A DNA stretch of 64,000 nucleotides from Rhodospirillales bacterium (GCA_030754885.1 JASLZL010000021.1:3003-67002), one strand, 5' to 3'; counted from the stretch's first letter, positions 41,671-53,814 are shown. Notes: generated by a model from the letters alone, not told the origin. Translations and numbers: made by a program.

Positions 41671-42623
41671 GATCCTTGCGCTCCACGCTTGCTGGCCAAC
41701 CAGACGGTCACTGTTAACGGATCGCCCGGTAGATGTTCGATCGCCTTGATCTCTAAATAGGTTGCCTCGCACCAATCGCACAGCTGGTAATCGCCGAACC
41801 CCAGGCGCCGGTGTTCGTGCTCGCGGCGCAGATACTCAAGATCGTGGGGCGCGAAGTCGGCAATCAACAGGTGCCCGCCCGGACGCAGCACGCGCGCCGC
41901 CTCAACCAGGGCGCGGGCCGGATCGTCGGCGAAGTGCAGGACCTGATGCACGCTCACCGCGTCAAACGAGGCGTCGGGGAAATCGAGTTGATACATATCG
42001 CCCTTGCGCAGTGCCAGGTTCTTCAGGCCCGAGCGTTCCAAATTGACGCGCGCCACCGCCAGCATGTCGTGCGAGAGGTCGATACCCAGTGCCCGGCTGA
42101 ACCGGGGTCCAAAAACCTCAAGCATGCGCCCGGTTCCGGTGCCGATGTCCAACAGATCCCCAACGCCGGTGGCCGGAAGCAAGCGCTTGAGGACGTCCTC
42201 CACTTCCCCTTCGTCGACATGGAGCGAACGCAGTTCGTCCCACCGTTTTGCATTGCGGCGGAAATAGTCGGCGGCCGCCCGGGACCGTTCCTCCTTAACC
42301 TCGGCCAGACGTTTGAGGTCGAGCGTAAGAACCGGGTCGTCCGCCGGCATAAGGGCGCACAAGCGCCTGGCGGTCTCGGCGCCCGGACCTTCCTCGATCA
42401 GTCTGTGAAAGACCCAGCTGCCCTCACGGACCCGGTCCAGCAGGCCGGCCTCGGCGAGCAGCCTAAGGTGGCGCGACACACCGGGTTGGCTTTGGCCGAG
42501 GATGTGAACCAACTCGCTCACCGTCAACTCGGCCTGGGCGCATAGGCCCAGGATGCGCAACCGGGTTGGCTCCGCCGCCGCTCGCAAGGCGCTTAACAGG
42601 GCATCCAAGGGTCGGCTCTCCAT
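41667..42623 (-). CDS. ArsR-HTH + SAM methyltransferase regulator (SahR-type)
   Basis: EPTRLRIL..SQPGVSRHL HTH, LDIGTGTG; heads the metF-metH operon. Confidence 0.9.
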   Translation of the reverse strand: MESRPLDALLSALRAAAEPTRLRILGLCAQAELTVSELVHILGQSQPGVSRHLRLLAEAGLLDRVREGSWVFHRLIEEGPGAETARRLCALMPADDPVLTLDLKRLAEVKEERSRAAADYFRRNAKRWDELRSLHVDEGEVEDVLKRLLPATGVGDLLDIGTGTGRMLEVFGPRFSRALGIDLSHDMLAVARVNLERSGLKNLALRKGDMYQLDFPDASFDAVSVHQVLHFADDPARALVEAARVLRPGGHLLIADFAPHDLEYLRREHEHRRLGFGDYQLCDWCEATYLEIKAIEHLPGDPLTVTVWLASKRGAQGS

Positions 42624-42663
42624 GCTCCAATTGCCCACCATCAGGCTGAGCAGTGAATTAATG

Positions 42664-42683
42664 ATATATATATATCTTTATAT
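42664..42683. promoter_or_regulatory. Putative SahR operator
   Basis: ATATATATATATCTTTATAT differs at 2 of 20 positions from the palindrome ATATAAAGATATCTTTATAT; lies next to a TTGCAA -35-like box upstream of sahR. Confidence 0.65.
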
Positions 42684-43030
42684 ATATTGCAAGGGTTGTC
42701 CCTATCCCCTTGTTTTCATTTTGTTGCCCTGTCTGGCGGCGCATTGTAAATTTACAACATGCGTGTCTTTTTGCTCACATTGAACCCCCATCTCTCTGGT
42801 TTTTTGGCCTCGGCTGTGGTACGACAACCATGATCGCATCTGTATGGCAATGATTTGTCGGTTTCAGCGACGGCAATCGTAACAGTCCGTCGAATAACAA
42901 AATCTAGTGTAAGGCCGGCTTTTCGATCCCAACAGGTAGAGATAATTGAATCGGACACCGGGGAATTGTCCCGGGAAGAACCCCTAAGGGGCCGGGAGAT
43001 GGGCGTAACCACAAACGTTCGGTGATCGAT

Positions 43031-43861
43031 ATGAAACGACGAACAGGAATCCTTTTCCCTACCCGGCTGGGCGCTGTCCTTTTGGCGGCTTTCATGTTCG
43101 CCGGTTGTGCCACTATGCCCGACCCCGCCGATAAGGAAGCGGTGGCCGAGTTCAAGGAAATTAATGATCCAGGTGAGCCCGCCATGCGGGCCATATTCGA
43201 ATTCAACCTGGTCCTCGACAAGATGGTCCTGAAACCCGCCGCCGAATTCTACAAGGGTTTCATTCCCCCTGTCCTACAGAGCGGCGTGCACAATTTTCTC
43301 AACAACCTGCGCACGCCGATCATCCTGCTCAACGACGTTTTGCAGGGCAAGTTTGAACGGGCGGGAACGACCCTTTCGCGGTTTATTGTCAACACCACCG
43401 TTGGTGTTCTCGGTTTAAGTGACAAGGCGGCGGAAATGGGGATGGAATACCACAACGAGGACTTCGGTCAGACCCTCGCCGTCTGGGGTGCCGACGAGGG
43501 ACCGTACTTGATGCTGCCTATCTTCGGTCCCTCCAATCCGCGTGACGCCGTTGGCCTTGCGGTTGATTTCCTTACCGACCCCATCAACTTATGGGCCAAC
43601 AATACGAACCGCGAAGAGGTGGTTTGGGCGCGTACGGGAACGCGAGCCGTTGACGAGAGAGCGCGCAACTTCGACGTCATTGAGGATCTGGAAAAATCGT
43701 CGCTCGATTTCTACGCCACCGTCCGCAGCCTCTATCGACAACGGCGCAAGGACGAAATCAACGACGGCAAAGCGTCGGGCAACATGCCGGCGCCGGGGCT
43801 TGGCGAGAACTCTCCATTCCCCATGACGATCGACGGTTCAGAGATCTCGCAGTCGAAGTGA
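43031..43861 (+). CDS. mlaA: MlaA/VacJ lipoprotein
   Basis: FAGC lipobox, NDPGEP, EDFGQTL, GPYLMLPIFGPSNPRD. Confidence 0.92.
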   Translation: MKRRTGILFPTRLGAVLLAAFMFAGCATMPDPADKEAVAEFKEINDPGEPAMRAIFEFNLVLDKMVLKPAAEFYKGFIPPVLQSGVHNFLNNLRTPIILLNDVLQGKFERAGTTLSRFIVNTTVGVLGLSDKAAEMGMEYHNEDFGQTLAVWGADEGPYLMLPIFGPSNPRDAVGLAVDFLTDPINLWANNTNREEVVWARTGTRAVDERARNFDVIEDLEKSSLDFYATVRSLYRQRRKDEINDGKASGNMPAPGLGENSPFPMTIDGSEISQSK

Positions 43862-43863
43862 CC

Positions 43864-44502
43864 ATGGCGTTTCGCCGCTGCCTTGCCATCGGCCTCGTGG
43901 GTTTGGTGCTGACTTCAATGGTCAGCGGCCCGGTACGCGCCGCCGACCCCCTTGAGGCCCACGCCGAAACCTTTATCGCATCCCTTGCCGACAAGGCGGT
44001 CCAGGCGCTTACCGTCGAGGGTGCCCAGCGATCGGAGCGCGTGAGCCGGTTCCGCCGACTGTTCAACGATCACTTCGCCGTCCACGGCATCGCCAAGTGG
44101 GTACTCGGGCGCTATTGGCGCCGCGCGAGCGATGACGAGCGCAGCGAATACTTGATCCTCTTCGAGGACATGATCGTCGTTTCCTACGTCGATCGCTTTG
44201 CCGGCTATACGGGCGAGGCCCTGGCCATTACCAAGGCGGTGGCGTTGAACGACGACAGCGCCATGGTATATTCCGAGATCGTGCGGCCAACTGGCGGCCC
44301 TCCGGTCCGTGTCGATTGGCGTGTCGCCACCGAGGATGAAAACTTGCACGTCGTCGATGTGGTCATCGAGGGGACCTCCATGAGCACGACGTTGCGCTCT
44401 GACTTCAGCTCCATCATCCGCCGCGAGGGCGGCAAGGTTGCCGGCCTCCTCAAGGTGCTGCGCGACAAAACGAAGAGCCTGCGCCAAGACCTGGCTAAGT
44501 AG
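43864..44502 (+). CDS. mlaC: MlaC/Ttg2D phospholipid-binding protein
   Basis: VLGRYW, VDWRV, VVDVVIEGTSM..T.RSDF. Confidence 0.9.
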   Translation: MAFRRCLAIGLVGLVLTSMVSGPVRAADPLEAHAETFIASLADKAVQALTVEGAQRSERVSRFRRLFNDHFAVHGIAKWVLGRYWRRASDDERSEYLILFEDMIVVSYVDRFAGYTGEALAITKAVALNDDSAMVYSEIVRPTGGPPVRVDWRVATEDENLHVVDVVIEGTSMSTTLRSDFSSIIRREGGKVAGLLKVLRDKTKSLRQDLAK

Positions 44503-44515
44503 CCTTTCTCTGAAT

Positions 44516-46240
44516 TTACCAGACCAGTGCCTGGCCATCGCGCCGGGGATCGGCGGCCGCCATCAGGGCGCCGCTTGCGCCGTCCACTTGGATCGCCCCG
44601 GCACTGCCCGTTGCCCCCCAGGCTTCCAGGACCTCGACGGTGTGGCCCAGGCGGCCAAGCTCGGCCGCGACATCGCCACCGAGGCGGTCCTCGATCTCCA
44701 AGGCGTTGCGCTTGGCATGGGGGAACGTGGAATTCATGCGTTCTTGGTGATGGGTCCAACGCGGCGCTGCCATCGCCTCGCCGACGTTCAAACCGTGGTC
44801 AAAAATAGCCGAGACCACCTGCATGTTGGTTTGGACCTGGGTATCGGCGCCGGGCGTTCCGCATATCAGCTCCAACCGCCCTCCGGCGTCGGCCGGTGCG
44901 GCGAAGACCATGACCGGGTTCATGGTATGGCGCACCCGCTGGCCGCCATGCAGGCGATCGATATGATCGGGGTCCAGGTGCCAATAGGTCATGCGGTTGT
45001 TGAGCAAGATGCCGGTGCCGTCGGCGACGATTTGGGAACCGAACAGGGTCTGGATGCTCTGCAATTCGCTGACCGCGTTGCCCCAGCGGTCGACGACGCA
45101 GAAATGGGTGGTATCGGACCCTCCGTCAGCACCGCCGTCCGGCCGGTGAAAACGTTTGGTCCCATCGGGGGGAGCCGTTTGGAAGGCCCAGGCGTCGCCT
45201 TCGCGAACGTTTGCACTGGCGCGTCCGGGGTCGATCAGGTTCGCGCGTTGGGCGGCGTAGTCTTTCGATAACAGACCGGCGACGGGAACGTCGACGAATT
45301 CCGGGTCGGCGAGATAGGCCTCACGGTCGGCAAAGGCAAGGCGCTTTGCCTCCACCATTACGTGGATGGCGTCAGCCGTATTGTGGCCCAGCGCCGCCAT
45401 GTCGAAGGCTTCAATCAGGTTGAGCTGCTGCAAAAGCACGTGGCCGTTGGTGTTAGGCGGCGATTCATAGACGCTGCGACCGCGATACGTGGTGGTAATG
45501 GGGTCCTGCCATCGGCTGCGGTGGCGGCGTAAATCCTCAAGCGTCAGGAGACCGCCTTGTTCCTCCGAGAAACGAACCAGTCGATGGGCGATCTCACCGT
45601 CATAGAAGGCGTCGCGTCCGCCCTCGGCAATAAGACGGTAGGTGCCGGCCAGGTCCGGGTTGCGCCGCACCTCGCCGGCCCGCAGCGGCCGTCCATCAGG
45701 TGCGAAGATGGCGGCTGAAGCGGGAAAGCGATGCAATTGTTCATAGTCGGACGCGATCCGTGCCTGATAATGCGATACTGGCACGCCGTCCTCGCACAGT
45801 GCGATCGCCGGCTCCAGACAGCGTGCCACCGCCAGCGTTCCGTAGCGCCCGTGTGTCTCCAAAAGCGCGTCCACGACGCCCGGTACCGAGACCGAAAGAA
45901 TACCGGTCAAGGGGATGGTGCCCTGGTAACGCTCTGGCGTCGCCGCCAGGGGCGCGGCCCCGGTGCCGTTGACGACCTCAAGCGTGCCGGCCTTTTGCAT
46001 GTGCACCATGACGATGCCGTCGCCGCCGATGCCTGAGCCCTGGGGCTCGGCGGCACCAAGTGCAAAGCCAATGGCCAAGGCCGCGTCGACAGCGTTACCG
46101 CCGTCAATCAGCGCCTCCATGCCGGCCATGGCGGCCAGGGGATGATTGGCAACCACGGCGCCTTGAGTGCCCATGGAAGTCGGCGAGAATGCTTCGGATT
46201 TGATACCGTGGGGAGAGGGTTGCATGGTTTGCCCGCTCAT
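44516..46240 (-). CDS. ggt: Gamma-glutamyltransferase family protein (cytoplasmic)
   Basis: GGNAVDAA, SGIGGD, DTTHFCVVDRWGN, LNNR, GTPG, ADPRRDG. Confidence 0.9.
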   Translation of the reverse strand: MSGQTMQPSPHGIKSEAFSPTSMGTQGAVVANHPLAAMAGMEALIDGGNAVDAALAIGFALGAAEPQGSGIGGDGIVMVHMQKAGTLEVVNGTGAAPLAATPERYQGTIPLTGILSVSVPGVVDALLETHGRYGTLAVARCLEPAIALCEDGVPVSHYQARIASDYEQLHRFPASAAIFAPDGRPLRAGEVRRNPDLAGTYRLIAEGGRDAFYDGEIAHRLVRFSEEQGGLLTLEDLRRHRSRWQDPITTTYRGRSVYESPPNTNGHVLLQQLNLIEAFDMAALGHNTADAIHVMVEAKRLAFADREAYLADPEFVDVPVAGLLSKDYAAQRANLIDPGRASANVREGDAWAFQTAPPDGTKRFHRPDGGADGGSDTTHFCVVDRWGNAVSELQSIQTLFGSQIVADGTGILLNNRMTYWHLDPDHIDRLHGGQRVRHTMNPVMVFAAPADAGGRLELICGTPGADTQVQTNMQVVSAIFDHGLNVGEAMAAPRWTHHQERMNSTFPHAKRNALEIEDRLGGDVAAELGRLGHTVEVLEAWGATGSAGAIQVDGASGALMAAADPRRDGQALVW

Positions 46241-46245
46241 CGCCG

Positions 46246-47928
<1,683 letters not shown>

Positions 47929-48074
47929 GGCGCTCTCCTTGGGCGGCTGTGAGTGGCGCGATAAAACCCCGGTGCGCCCGTCGCCGGATGAAAGCACCGC
48001 CGCCGCCTGGGTTCAAGGGGTCCCGTGTCGTCGACGGTGAAATGCGGTGGCTTTTGCCGGCGCGACGTGAAACC

Positions 48075-50057
48075 ATGCGCGCGTTAGAGTTAAATCCGGC
48101 GTATGGAGAGGCCTTCTTGACGGCAAAGGGTGTCTGGCTGTTCTCGTTGCTCGCCGCCTACTGGGCCTATTGCATTGCCTGGGGCTGGCGCGGGGCGCGG
48201 CGGACGAATTCCCCCAGCGATCATTTCGTCGCCGGTCGCGGGATCGGGCTTTGGGTCTATGTCCTGGCGGCCACCGCCACATCGCTCTCGGCCTGGGTTT
48301 TTGTGGGCCACGCGGGCCTCGTCTACAGCGACGGCTTGCCTTACGCCACCGTCGGATTAATCGCCATTACCGTCCCCCTGAGCGGGGTCCTGTTCCTCAA
48401 GCGCCAATGGATGGTCGGCCGGCGTTTCGGCTATCTGAGTTCGGGCGAGATGTACGCCGATTATTACCGGGGCGAGGCTATTGGAATACTTGCCGTCGTC
48501 GTCGCGGTTCTTTTCGCCGTTCCCCTCGTGGCAATACAGTTCAAGGCATCGGGCTATCTGATCGAGGGGCTCACGGAAGGTCGGGTAAGCCGCCAGTGGG
48601 GCATGGGGATCATTGCCCTGGCTGTCCTTGTCCACGTGGCGATGGGCGGCGTGCGCGCGGTGGCCCGGGTCGGTGCCGCACAGTTCGTCCTTTTGGCCCT
48701 GGGTCTGGTGATAGCCACTTTTTGGATCCTCGATACCGTCGGTGGCTGGGAAGCGGTGCAGGACGGGTTGGCCAGGTTGGGTGCCTCCAAAGACGCCATC
48801 GGAGGGACGACGGGCGGCCAGGGTGGCGGTGATTTTGACGCCGCCTTCGCTATTCCCGGTGTCATCCAGTTCACCGCTGGCGTGGATCTGGCGGCCCCCG
48901 TCGGCAGTTCGTGGACCGGCGTCATGGGACTCAGCTTTATTATCGCCATGATGGGCGTCCAGGCGTCCCCGGCGTTCACCATGTGGGCGTTCTCCAACGC
49001 CTCACCGCGCGCCTTTGCCGCGCAGCAGGTTTGGGCGTCGTCCTTTGTCGTCGGCCTCTTGCTCGTGGTTTTTGCCGCCGGGCTTGGCATGGGCGCCCGT
49101 TTGCTCGGCGCCGACGGGTTAGCGGCAGCCGTCGGCGAGACCCCCGATACCTTGGTGCCCCATACTCTTAACCTGCTGGCAAGTTCGGCCCCGTGGCTGG
49201 CCGGCCTGATCGCCGCCGCTGCCCTTGTCGTCATGCAGGCTCTCGGCACCGCTTGCCTGTCGACGACCGGCGCCATGCTGTCGCGCGATCTCTATCGGCG
49301 TATTTTCAACCCCAAGGCGGGAGATGGGGCACAAGTGATGGTGAGCCGCCTGAGCACCTTTGGCCTCGCCGCACTGGCGCTCGCGGTGGCCGGTGTCTCG
49401 GACGACGCCGTGGTAATTCTGGGCGGCTTGGCGGTGGCCTTCGGAGTACAGATGGTACCGCCTTTGGCCGGGCTCGTGTGGTATCCGTGGGTCACGCGCC
49501 AAGGGGCGACATGGGGCTTGGCGGCGGGTCTTCTCGGCGTTTTTCTGACCGAGTCCGCCGGTTCCGCCATCCTCCAGGCCGTCGGCCTGGAATTGTGGGG
49601 CCGCTGGCCCGGGACCATCCATTCGGCGGCCTGGGGCTTGGCGGCCAACGTCGTTGTTTGCGCTCTCGTCTCGGCTTTAACCCAAGACGGGCGCGACTTA
49701 GAGCACCGCATGACGGTGCATGGCTTCCTCGGCCGCCACGCCGCCTTGCCGGCCGACAAGATGAGCCTTAGGCCCGTCGCCTGGATCATGGTTCTTGTCT
49801 GGTTGTTCTTCGGCGCCGGGCCGGGGGCGGTCATTGGCAACGACGTCTTCGGCGCACCGGACGCCGGGGTCCAAGGCTGGACCTTCGGCATTCCATCCTT
49901 ATGGGCGTGGCAGATCGTGTTCTGGGGGCTCGGCGTCGCGATGATGTGGTTCCTTGCCTACAAGATGGAGATGTCCACCGTGACCAAGGATGAAATCGTG
50001 GCCTTGACCAAGGATGAGGATTCCACATCCACCGCCTTGGAGACGCCATGCATTTGA
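48075..50057 (+). CDS. Sodium:solute symporter family protein
   Basis: FVAGR, ATATSLSAW.F.GH.G, many TM segments, SRDLY; start uncertain. Confidence 0.85.
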   Translation: MRALELNPAYGEAFLTAKGVWLFSLLAAYWAYCIAWGWRGARRTNSPSDHFVAGRGIGLWVYVLAATATSLSAWVFVGHAGLVYSDGLPYATVGLIAITVPLSGVLFLKRQWMVGRRFGYLSSGEMYADYYRGEAIGILAVVVAVLFAVPLVAIQFKASGYLIEGLTEGRVSRQWGMGIIALAVLVHVAMGGVRAVARVGAAQFVLLALGLVIATFWILDTVGGWEAVQDGLARLGASKDAIGGTTGGQGGGDFDAAFAIPGVIQFTAGVDLAAPVGSSWTGVMGLSFIIAMMGVQASPAFTMWAFSNASPRAFAAQQVWASSFVVGLLLVVFAAGLGMGARLLGADGLAAAVGETPDTLVPHTLNLLASSAPWLAGLIAAAALVVMQALGTACLSTTGAMLSRDLYRRIFNPKAGDGAQVMVSRLSTFGLAALALAVAGVSDDAVVILGGLAVAFGVQMVPPLAGLVWYPWVTRQGATWGLAAGLLGVFLTESAGSAILQAVGLELWGRWPGTIHSAAWGLAANVVVCALVSALTQDGRDLEHRMTVHGFLGRHAALPADKMSLRPVAWIMVLVWLFFGAGPGAVIGNDVFGAPDAGVQGWTFGIPSLWAWQIVFWGLGVAMMWFLAYKMEMSTVTKDEIVALTKDEDSTSTALETPCI

Positions 50058-50063
50058 GAGGCA

Positions 50064-50771
50064 TTAGCGAGACAGCAAGATTCCCGACACATGGGCTTGG
50101 GCCGGCGTCTCGGCGGGCTGGCCGGCGACGCCGATGAAGACGATCCCTACTTGGCCTTGGTCGTCTTGCGGCCACGCACGAGCATAAAGGTCGGCCAGGT
50201 CGGCCGTTTCCAGCCACCACGAACCGGTGTTCTCTCGTCCGCCGCGTTGGAAGTAGCGATGACCGGTTTTCCGGACGTATTCATCAAAACTTCCCCTTTT
50301 CAGGGCCGCCGCGCCCCAAACGATGGTCACTCGGCGGTCATGGATAGGCAGGGCCGTTCCCGGCCAGCCCCAGGTGGTGGCGCCCGCGCCTTGCAGGTTG
50401 CCACCCCGGAAGCCGACGACAAGGCTGACGGGGTGGGTCACACCATCGTGGGGTCCCATATTCCAGGCCCAGCTCAGATAGGGCGTGGCGAGCAATTTCG
50501 CCCGGGTGAGCCGAGCCAGGAGAAAGCTGTCCGAACCGCTGTTGAAAAGCAGCGCCGGCACCCCGTCCTTATTGACCACCGAGGCCCGCCCGGGTTTGTC
50601 CAGCGTCCCCTCGATTACCCAGCTGCTGGGCGGGGTGGTGGGGGAAAAACCGGGCGCGGGACCCAGGACCCGGATCTGTCCGCCGTCCGGCTCAATCACG
50701 GTGTGGGGCACCGCGCAACCGACGAGTAGCACGATCGCAAGGGCGAGAAACTTAATCGAGCGGGCCGCCAT
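50064..50771 (-). CDS. Hypothetical lipoprotein, DUF3047-like
   Basis: LVGC lipobox; TPYLSWAW and W..E..DL..LY..AW patterns. Confidence 0.55.
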   Translation of the reverse strand: MAARSIKFLALAIVLLVGCAVPHTVIEPDGGQIRVLGPAPGFSPTTPPSSWVIEGTLDKPGRASVVNKDGVPALLFNSGSDSFLLARLTRAKLLATPYLSWAWNMGPHDGVTHPVSLVVGFRGGNLQGAGATTWGWPGTALPIHDRRVTIVWGAAALKRGSFDEYVRKTGHRYFQRGGRENTGSWWLETADLADLYARAWPQDDQGQVGIVFIGVAGQPAETPAQAHVSGILLSR

Positions 50772-50780
50772 GGACGGTGC

Positions 50781-52163
50781 TCACTCCTTCTTTTCCTCGG
50801 CGGCTGCTTGGATGTCCTGGGCCTGGAGCCAGGCCGGCGAGCCTCGAGGGAGGACTTTTTCAGCACGCTTTGCATGGTAGCGCGCGTCGCGCTTTTTACC
50901 CTTGAGGAAAGCCTCTTCGGCCATGGACAGGGCGCTCATGCCCATTTGGCCATCGCGGCCGTAGGCGATCGCCAGTTGATGCCAGATAGAGGCGCTATTG
51001 GGCTGATTCAGTAAGGCGGCACGCAGGTTGAGGATTGCCGAGGCAAGGAGGGCCGGATCGTTATTTTCCAATTGGGCGCGGGCCAGCCCGATGCGCAGTA
51101 AATAGGAACCGGGTTGAAGTTGAACGGCGCGGCCAAAAGGATCAAGGGACTCGGCCACGCGACCGTTCTCGAACAACATCTGGCCCCGTAACTCTTGGAA
51201 AAAAGGGTCGGCGGGGCGTTCGCGAATGAGCCCTTCGATCAACGCCAGCGCTTTATCCAGTTCGGCCCTGCGTTGACCGGGTCCGCATCCGCAATAGGCG
51301 ATGGCGCGGGCATACCGTGCCTCGATAGCGGTGTCCGTCGCCTTGTATTCCCGCAAAGTTCGAGAGATGGGATTGAGGAAGGCCATGAGTTTGGCGCGCA
51401 TGCGCCGATGCCTTTCACTGTAGTCAGCCGGCAGCGCCCTTGCACTCGTGGAGCGCGACAAGTGGTCGCGCAGGGCTTCGACGCGGTCGAAGGTCAGCGG
51501 GTGCGTGCGGACATAGGGATCTTGGTGACGGACGCTCAACAACTCCTGATCACCCAGGATCTCGAAAAATTCCAACAAGCCTTGCGCCGAGGTGTTGGTG
51601 GCTTCGAGCAATCGAAACGCTGCCTGATCGGCCGCAGATTCCTGGGTCCGGGTATAGCGCAGAAAAGTGCGCAAGGCGGCTTGTTGTCCGCCCAAGATGA
51701 TAGCCTGGCCAAGCTCCGGGCGTCCCGTGCCAATGGCTGCGGCGCCCCCCAGAACGTAAGCCAGAATGGATTGCGCCGTAGTGTCGCGCATGGCATCGTG
51801 GATGCGCGACAGATGGCCGCCCGCGATGTGTCCAATTTCGTGGGCGATAACCCCGATCACTTGGCCGGCGTGTTCGGTCCGCATCAACAGACCCGTATTG
51901 AGGAACAGGTTCTGTCCGCCGGCGACGAAGGCGTTAAGCGACTTGTCGCCAACCAGATGAATGCGTACTGACGAAGGGTCAAGGCCGGCTGCTTGGAAGA
52001 GTGGCGTCGCATAGACGCGGATGGTATTTTCAATTTCCGCGTCGCTGACGAACGAGAGTTTTTTGGCTGCCTTGGCGGGTGACCACGGCGATAGGGCGCA
52101 GATCACGGCAAACACCGCAATCAGGGCAAGCATGGGACCAGGAACCGAATTCAAGCGTTTCAT
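50781..52163 (-). CDS. M48 metalloprotease with TPR repeats (BepA/YfgC-like)
   Basis: NAFVAGG, HEIGH, QESAAD, THPL; start at 52163 or 52133. Confidence 0.9.
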   Translation of the reverse strand: MKRLNSVPGPMLALIAVFAVICALSPWSPAKAAKKLSFVSDAEIENTIRVYATPLFQAAGLDPSSVRIHLVGDKSLNAFVAGGQNLFLNTGLLMRTEHAGQVIGVIAHEIGHIAGGHLSRIHDAMRDTTAQSILAYVLGGAAAIGTGRPELGQAIILGGQQAALRTFLRYTRTQESAADQAAFRLLEATNTSAQGLLEFFEILGDQELLSVRHQDPYVRTHPLTFDRVEALRDHLSRSTSARALPADYSERHRRMRAKLMAFLNPISRTLREYKATDTAIEARYARAIAYCGCGPGQRRAELDKALALIEGLIRERPADPFFQELRGQMLFENGRVAESLDPFGRAVQLQPGSYLLRIGLARAQLENNDPALLASAILNLRAALLNQPNSASIWHQLAIAYGRDGQMGMSALSMAEEAFLKGKKRDARYHAKRAEKVLPRGSPAWLQAQDIQAAAEEKKE

Positions 52164-53799
52164 CCGAACAATAGGTAGTGTCCGGCAGCTTCGCCGTCAA
52201 TTCGCCGTCGGTGCCGTGGCGCTGCTGGCTTGGGGATGTGCCTCGGACGATGAAAAGAATCTGGGCGAGATCGGTATCGTCGAGGGCTTCCTTGGCGGCG
52301 TGGCGGCGGACGAGCCGCGGGCGGCGTTGATCGGGCGAGACGTCTTGAGCGCCGGCGGCACAGCTGCGGACGCTGCGACGGCAGTCTATTTCGCCCTTTC
52401 CGTTACCTTGCCGTCTTCGGCCAGCCTCGGCGGTGGTGGGGTTTGCCTGGTTCATGACGCCACGAGCGCGCGAACAGAGGCCTTGCGGTTCCTGGTTCGC
52501 CGACCGGCCGCCGTGCCGCCGGGGACGGCGCGGCCAACTGCCGTTCCCGGCAACCCGCGCGGCTTCTTTGCCCTTCACTCCAAATATGGCGTCCTGCGCT
52601 GGGCGCAGCTTGTGGCGCCGGCAGAGAGCCTGGCCCGTTTCGGCACGCCGGTATCGCGCGCTCTGGCCCACGACTTGGGTCAGGTGGGCGATGCCCTGCT
52701 GGCCGAGCCGGGCAATCGGACCCTGTTCGGGCGACGAGACGGCCAAGGCGTTCTTCGCGAAGGCGATTTTATGACCCAGGTGGGGCTGGCGGCCCAGTTG
52801 TCACGGCTGCGAAGTTTGGGGCCGGGCGACTTCTATGTCGGCCGTTTGGCGCGCACCTTGGTCAATGCGGTGGCTCAAGCGGGCGGCTCATTGAGCGCTG
52901 GGGACTTGAGGTCGTTCGCCCCCATCTGGAGCGATACCGTCACCGTCGCTTTCGGAAATGAAACAGCCCATTTTGCACCGCCACCGTCGGCGGCGGGAAG
53001 CGTGGCAGCACAGATGTGGGCCCTGTTGACGCGCGACGACGGGTATGACGATTCGGATATCGACGAACGGTCCCACCTGTTTGTCGAGGCGGCGTTGCGC
53101 GCCTTTGCCGACCGCGGGCGATGGATGAATGATGACGGATCAAGCCGCGTTGTCCCCGGTGACCTGACCTCGAAGGCCCGCCTCAACGCTCTCATGGCCA
53201 CTTTTCGGTCCGACCGCCACGTACCGGCGGCGCAATTGGACCCGGCGCCCGTTCAACGCCTCGAAAATCCCGCCGCCACCAGCTTCGTGGTGCTGGATCG
53301 CCATGGCTCCGCCGTCACTTGCGCCTTGACGATGAACAATCTGTTCGGAAATGGCCGCGTCGCGCCAGGTACCGGCATCGTGATGGCCATGCCTCCCGGG
53401 CAAGGCGGTCGCGGTCCCATCTCACTTGGTCCCATGATTGTGGTCAACAAACACGTCAACGAGTTCTATTTCGCCGCCGCCGCTACGGGCGGTGTCGCGG
53501 CGCCGACGGCCTTGTTGAACGTAGCGGCCAAAACGTTGGTTGGCGAAATTTCGCTGGAGGATGCCGTACAAGCGCCGCGCCTCCATCACAGCGGTGCCCC
53601 GGATCTGGTCTATTTCGAGCAAGGTTTCGACCGTGATCGACTCGGCGCATTGACCGGCCTTGGCCATCGTATCGGCGCCACCAATACCCTGGGCCGGGTC
53701 AACGCGGCGTTTTGTTCCGGTGGCCTGCCGCCCAAGCCCGAGACCTGCACGGTCAAGACCGATCCGCGCGGGTTTGGGTTGGCGGCCAGCGCCGATTAG
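52132..53799 (+). CDS. Gamma-glutamyltransferase-like lipoprotein (start uncertain)
   Basis: LAWGC lipobox, GGTAADAA, ASLGGGG, ATSFVVLDRHG, DPRGFG. Confidence 0.82.
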   Translation: MGPGTEFKRFIRTIGSVRQLRRQFAVGAVALLAWGCASDDEKNLGEIGIVEGFLGGVAADEPRAALIGRDVLSAGGTAADAATAVYFALSVTLPSSASLGGGGVCLVHDATSARTEALRFLVRRPAAVPPGTARPTAVPGNPRGFFALHSKYGVLRWAQLVAPAESLARFGTPVSRALAHDLGQVGDALLAEPGNRTLFGRRDGQGVLREGDFMTQVGLAAQLSRLRSLGPGDFYVGRLARTLVNAVAQAGGSLSAGDLRSFAPIWSDTVTVAFGNETAHFAPPPSAAGSVAAQMWALLTRDDGYDDSDIDERSHLFVEAALRAFADRGRWMNDDGSSRVVPGDLTSKARLNALMATFRSDRHVPAAQLDPAPVQRLENPAATSFVVLDRHGSAVTCALTMNNLFGNGRVAPGTGIVMAMPPGQGGRGPISLGPMIVVNKHVNEFYFAAAATGGVAAPTALLNVAAKTLVGEISLEDAVQAPRLHHSGAPDLVYFEQGFDRDRLGALTGLGHRIGATNTLGRVNAAFCSGGLPPKPETCTVKTDPRGFGLAASAD

Positions 53800-53814
53800 G
53801 TAAAGTTGAAACCC

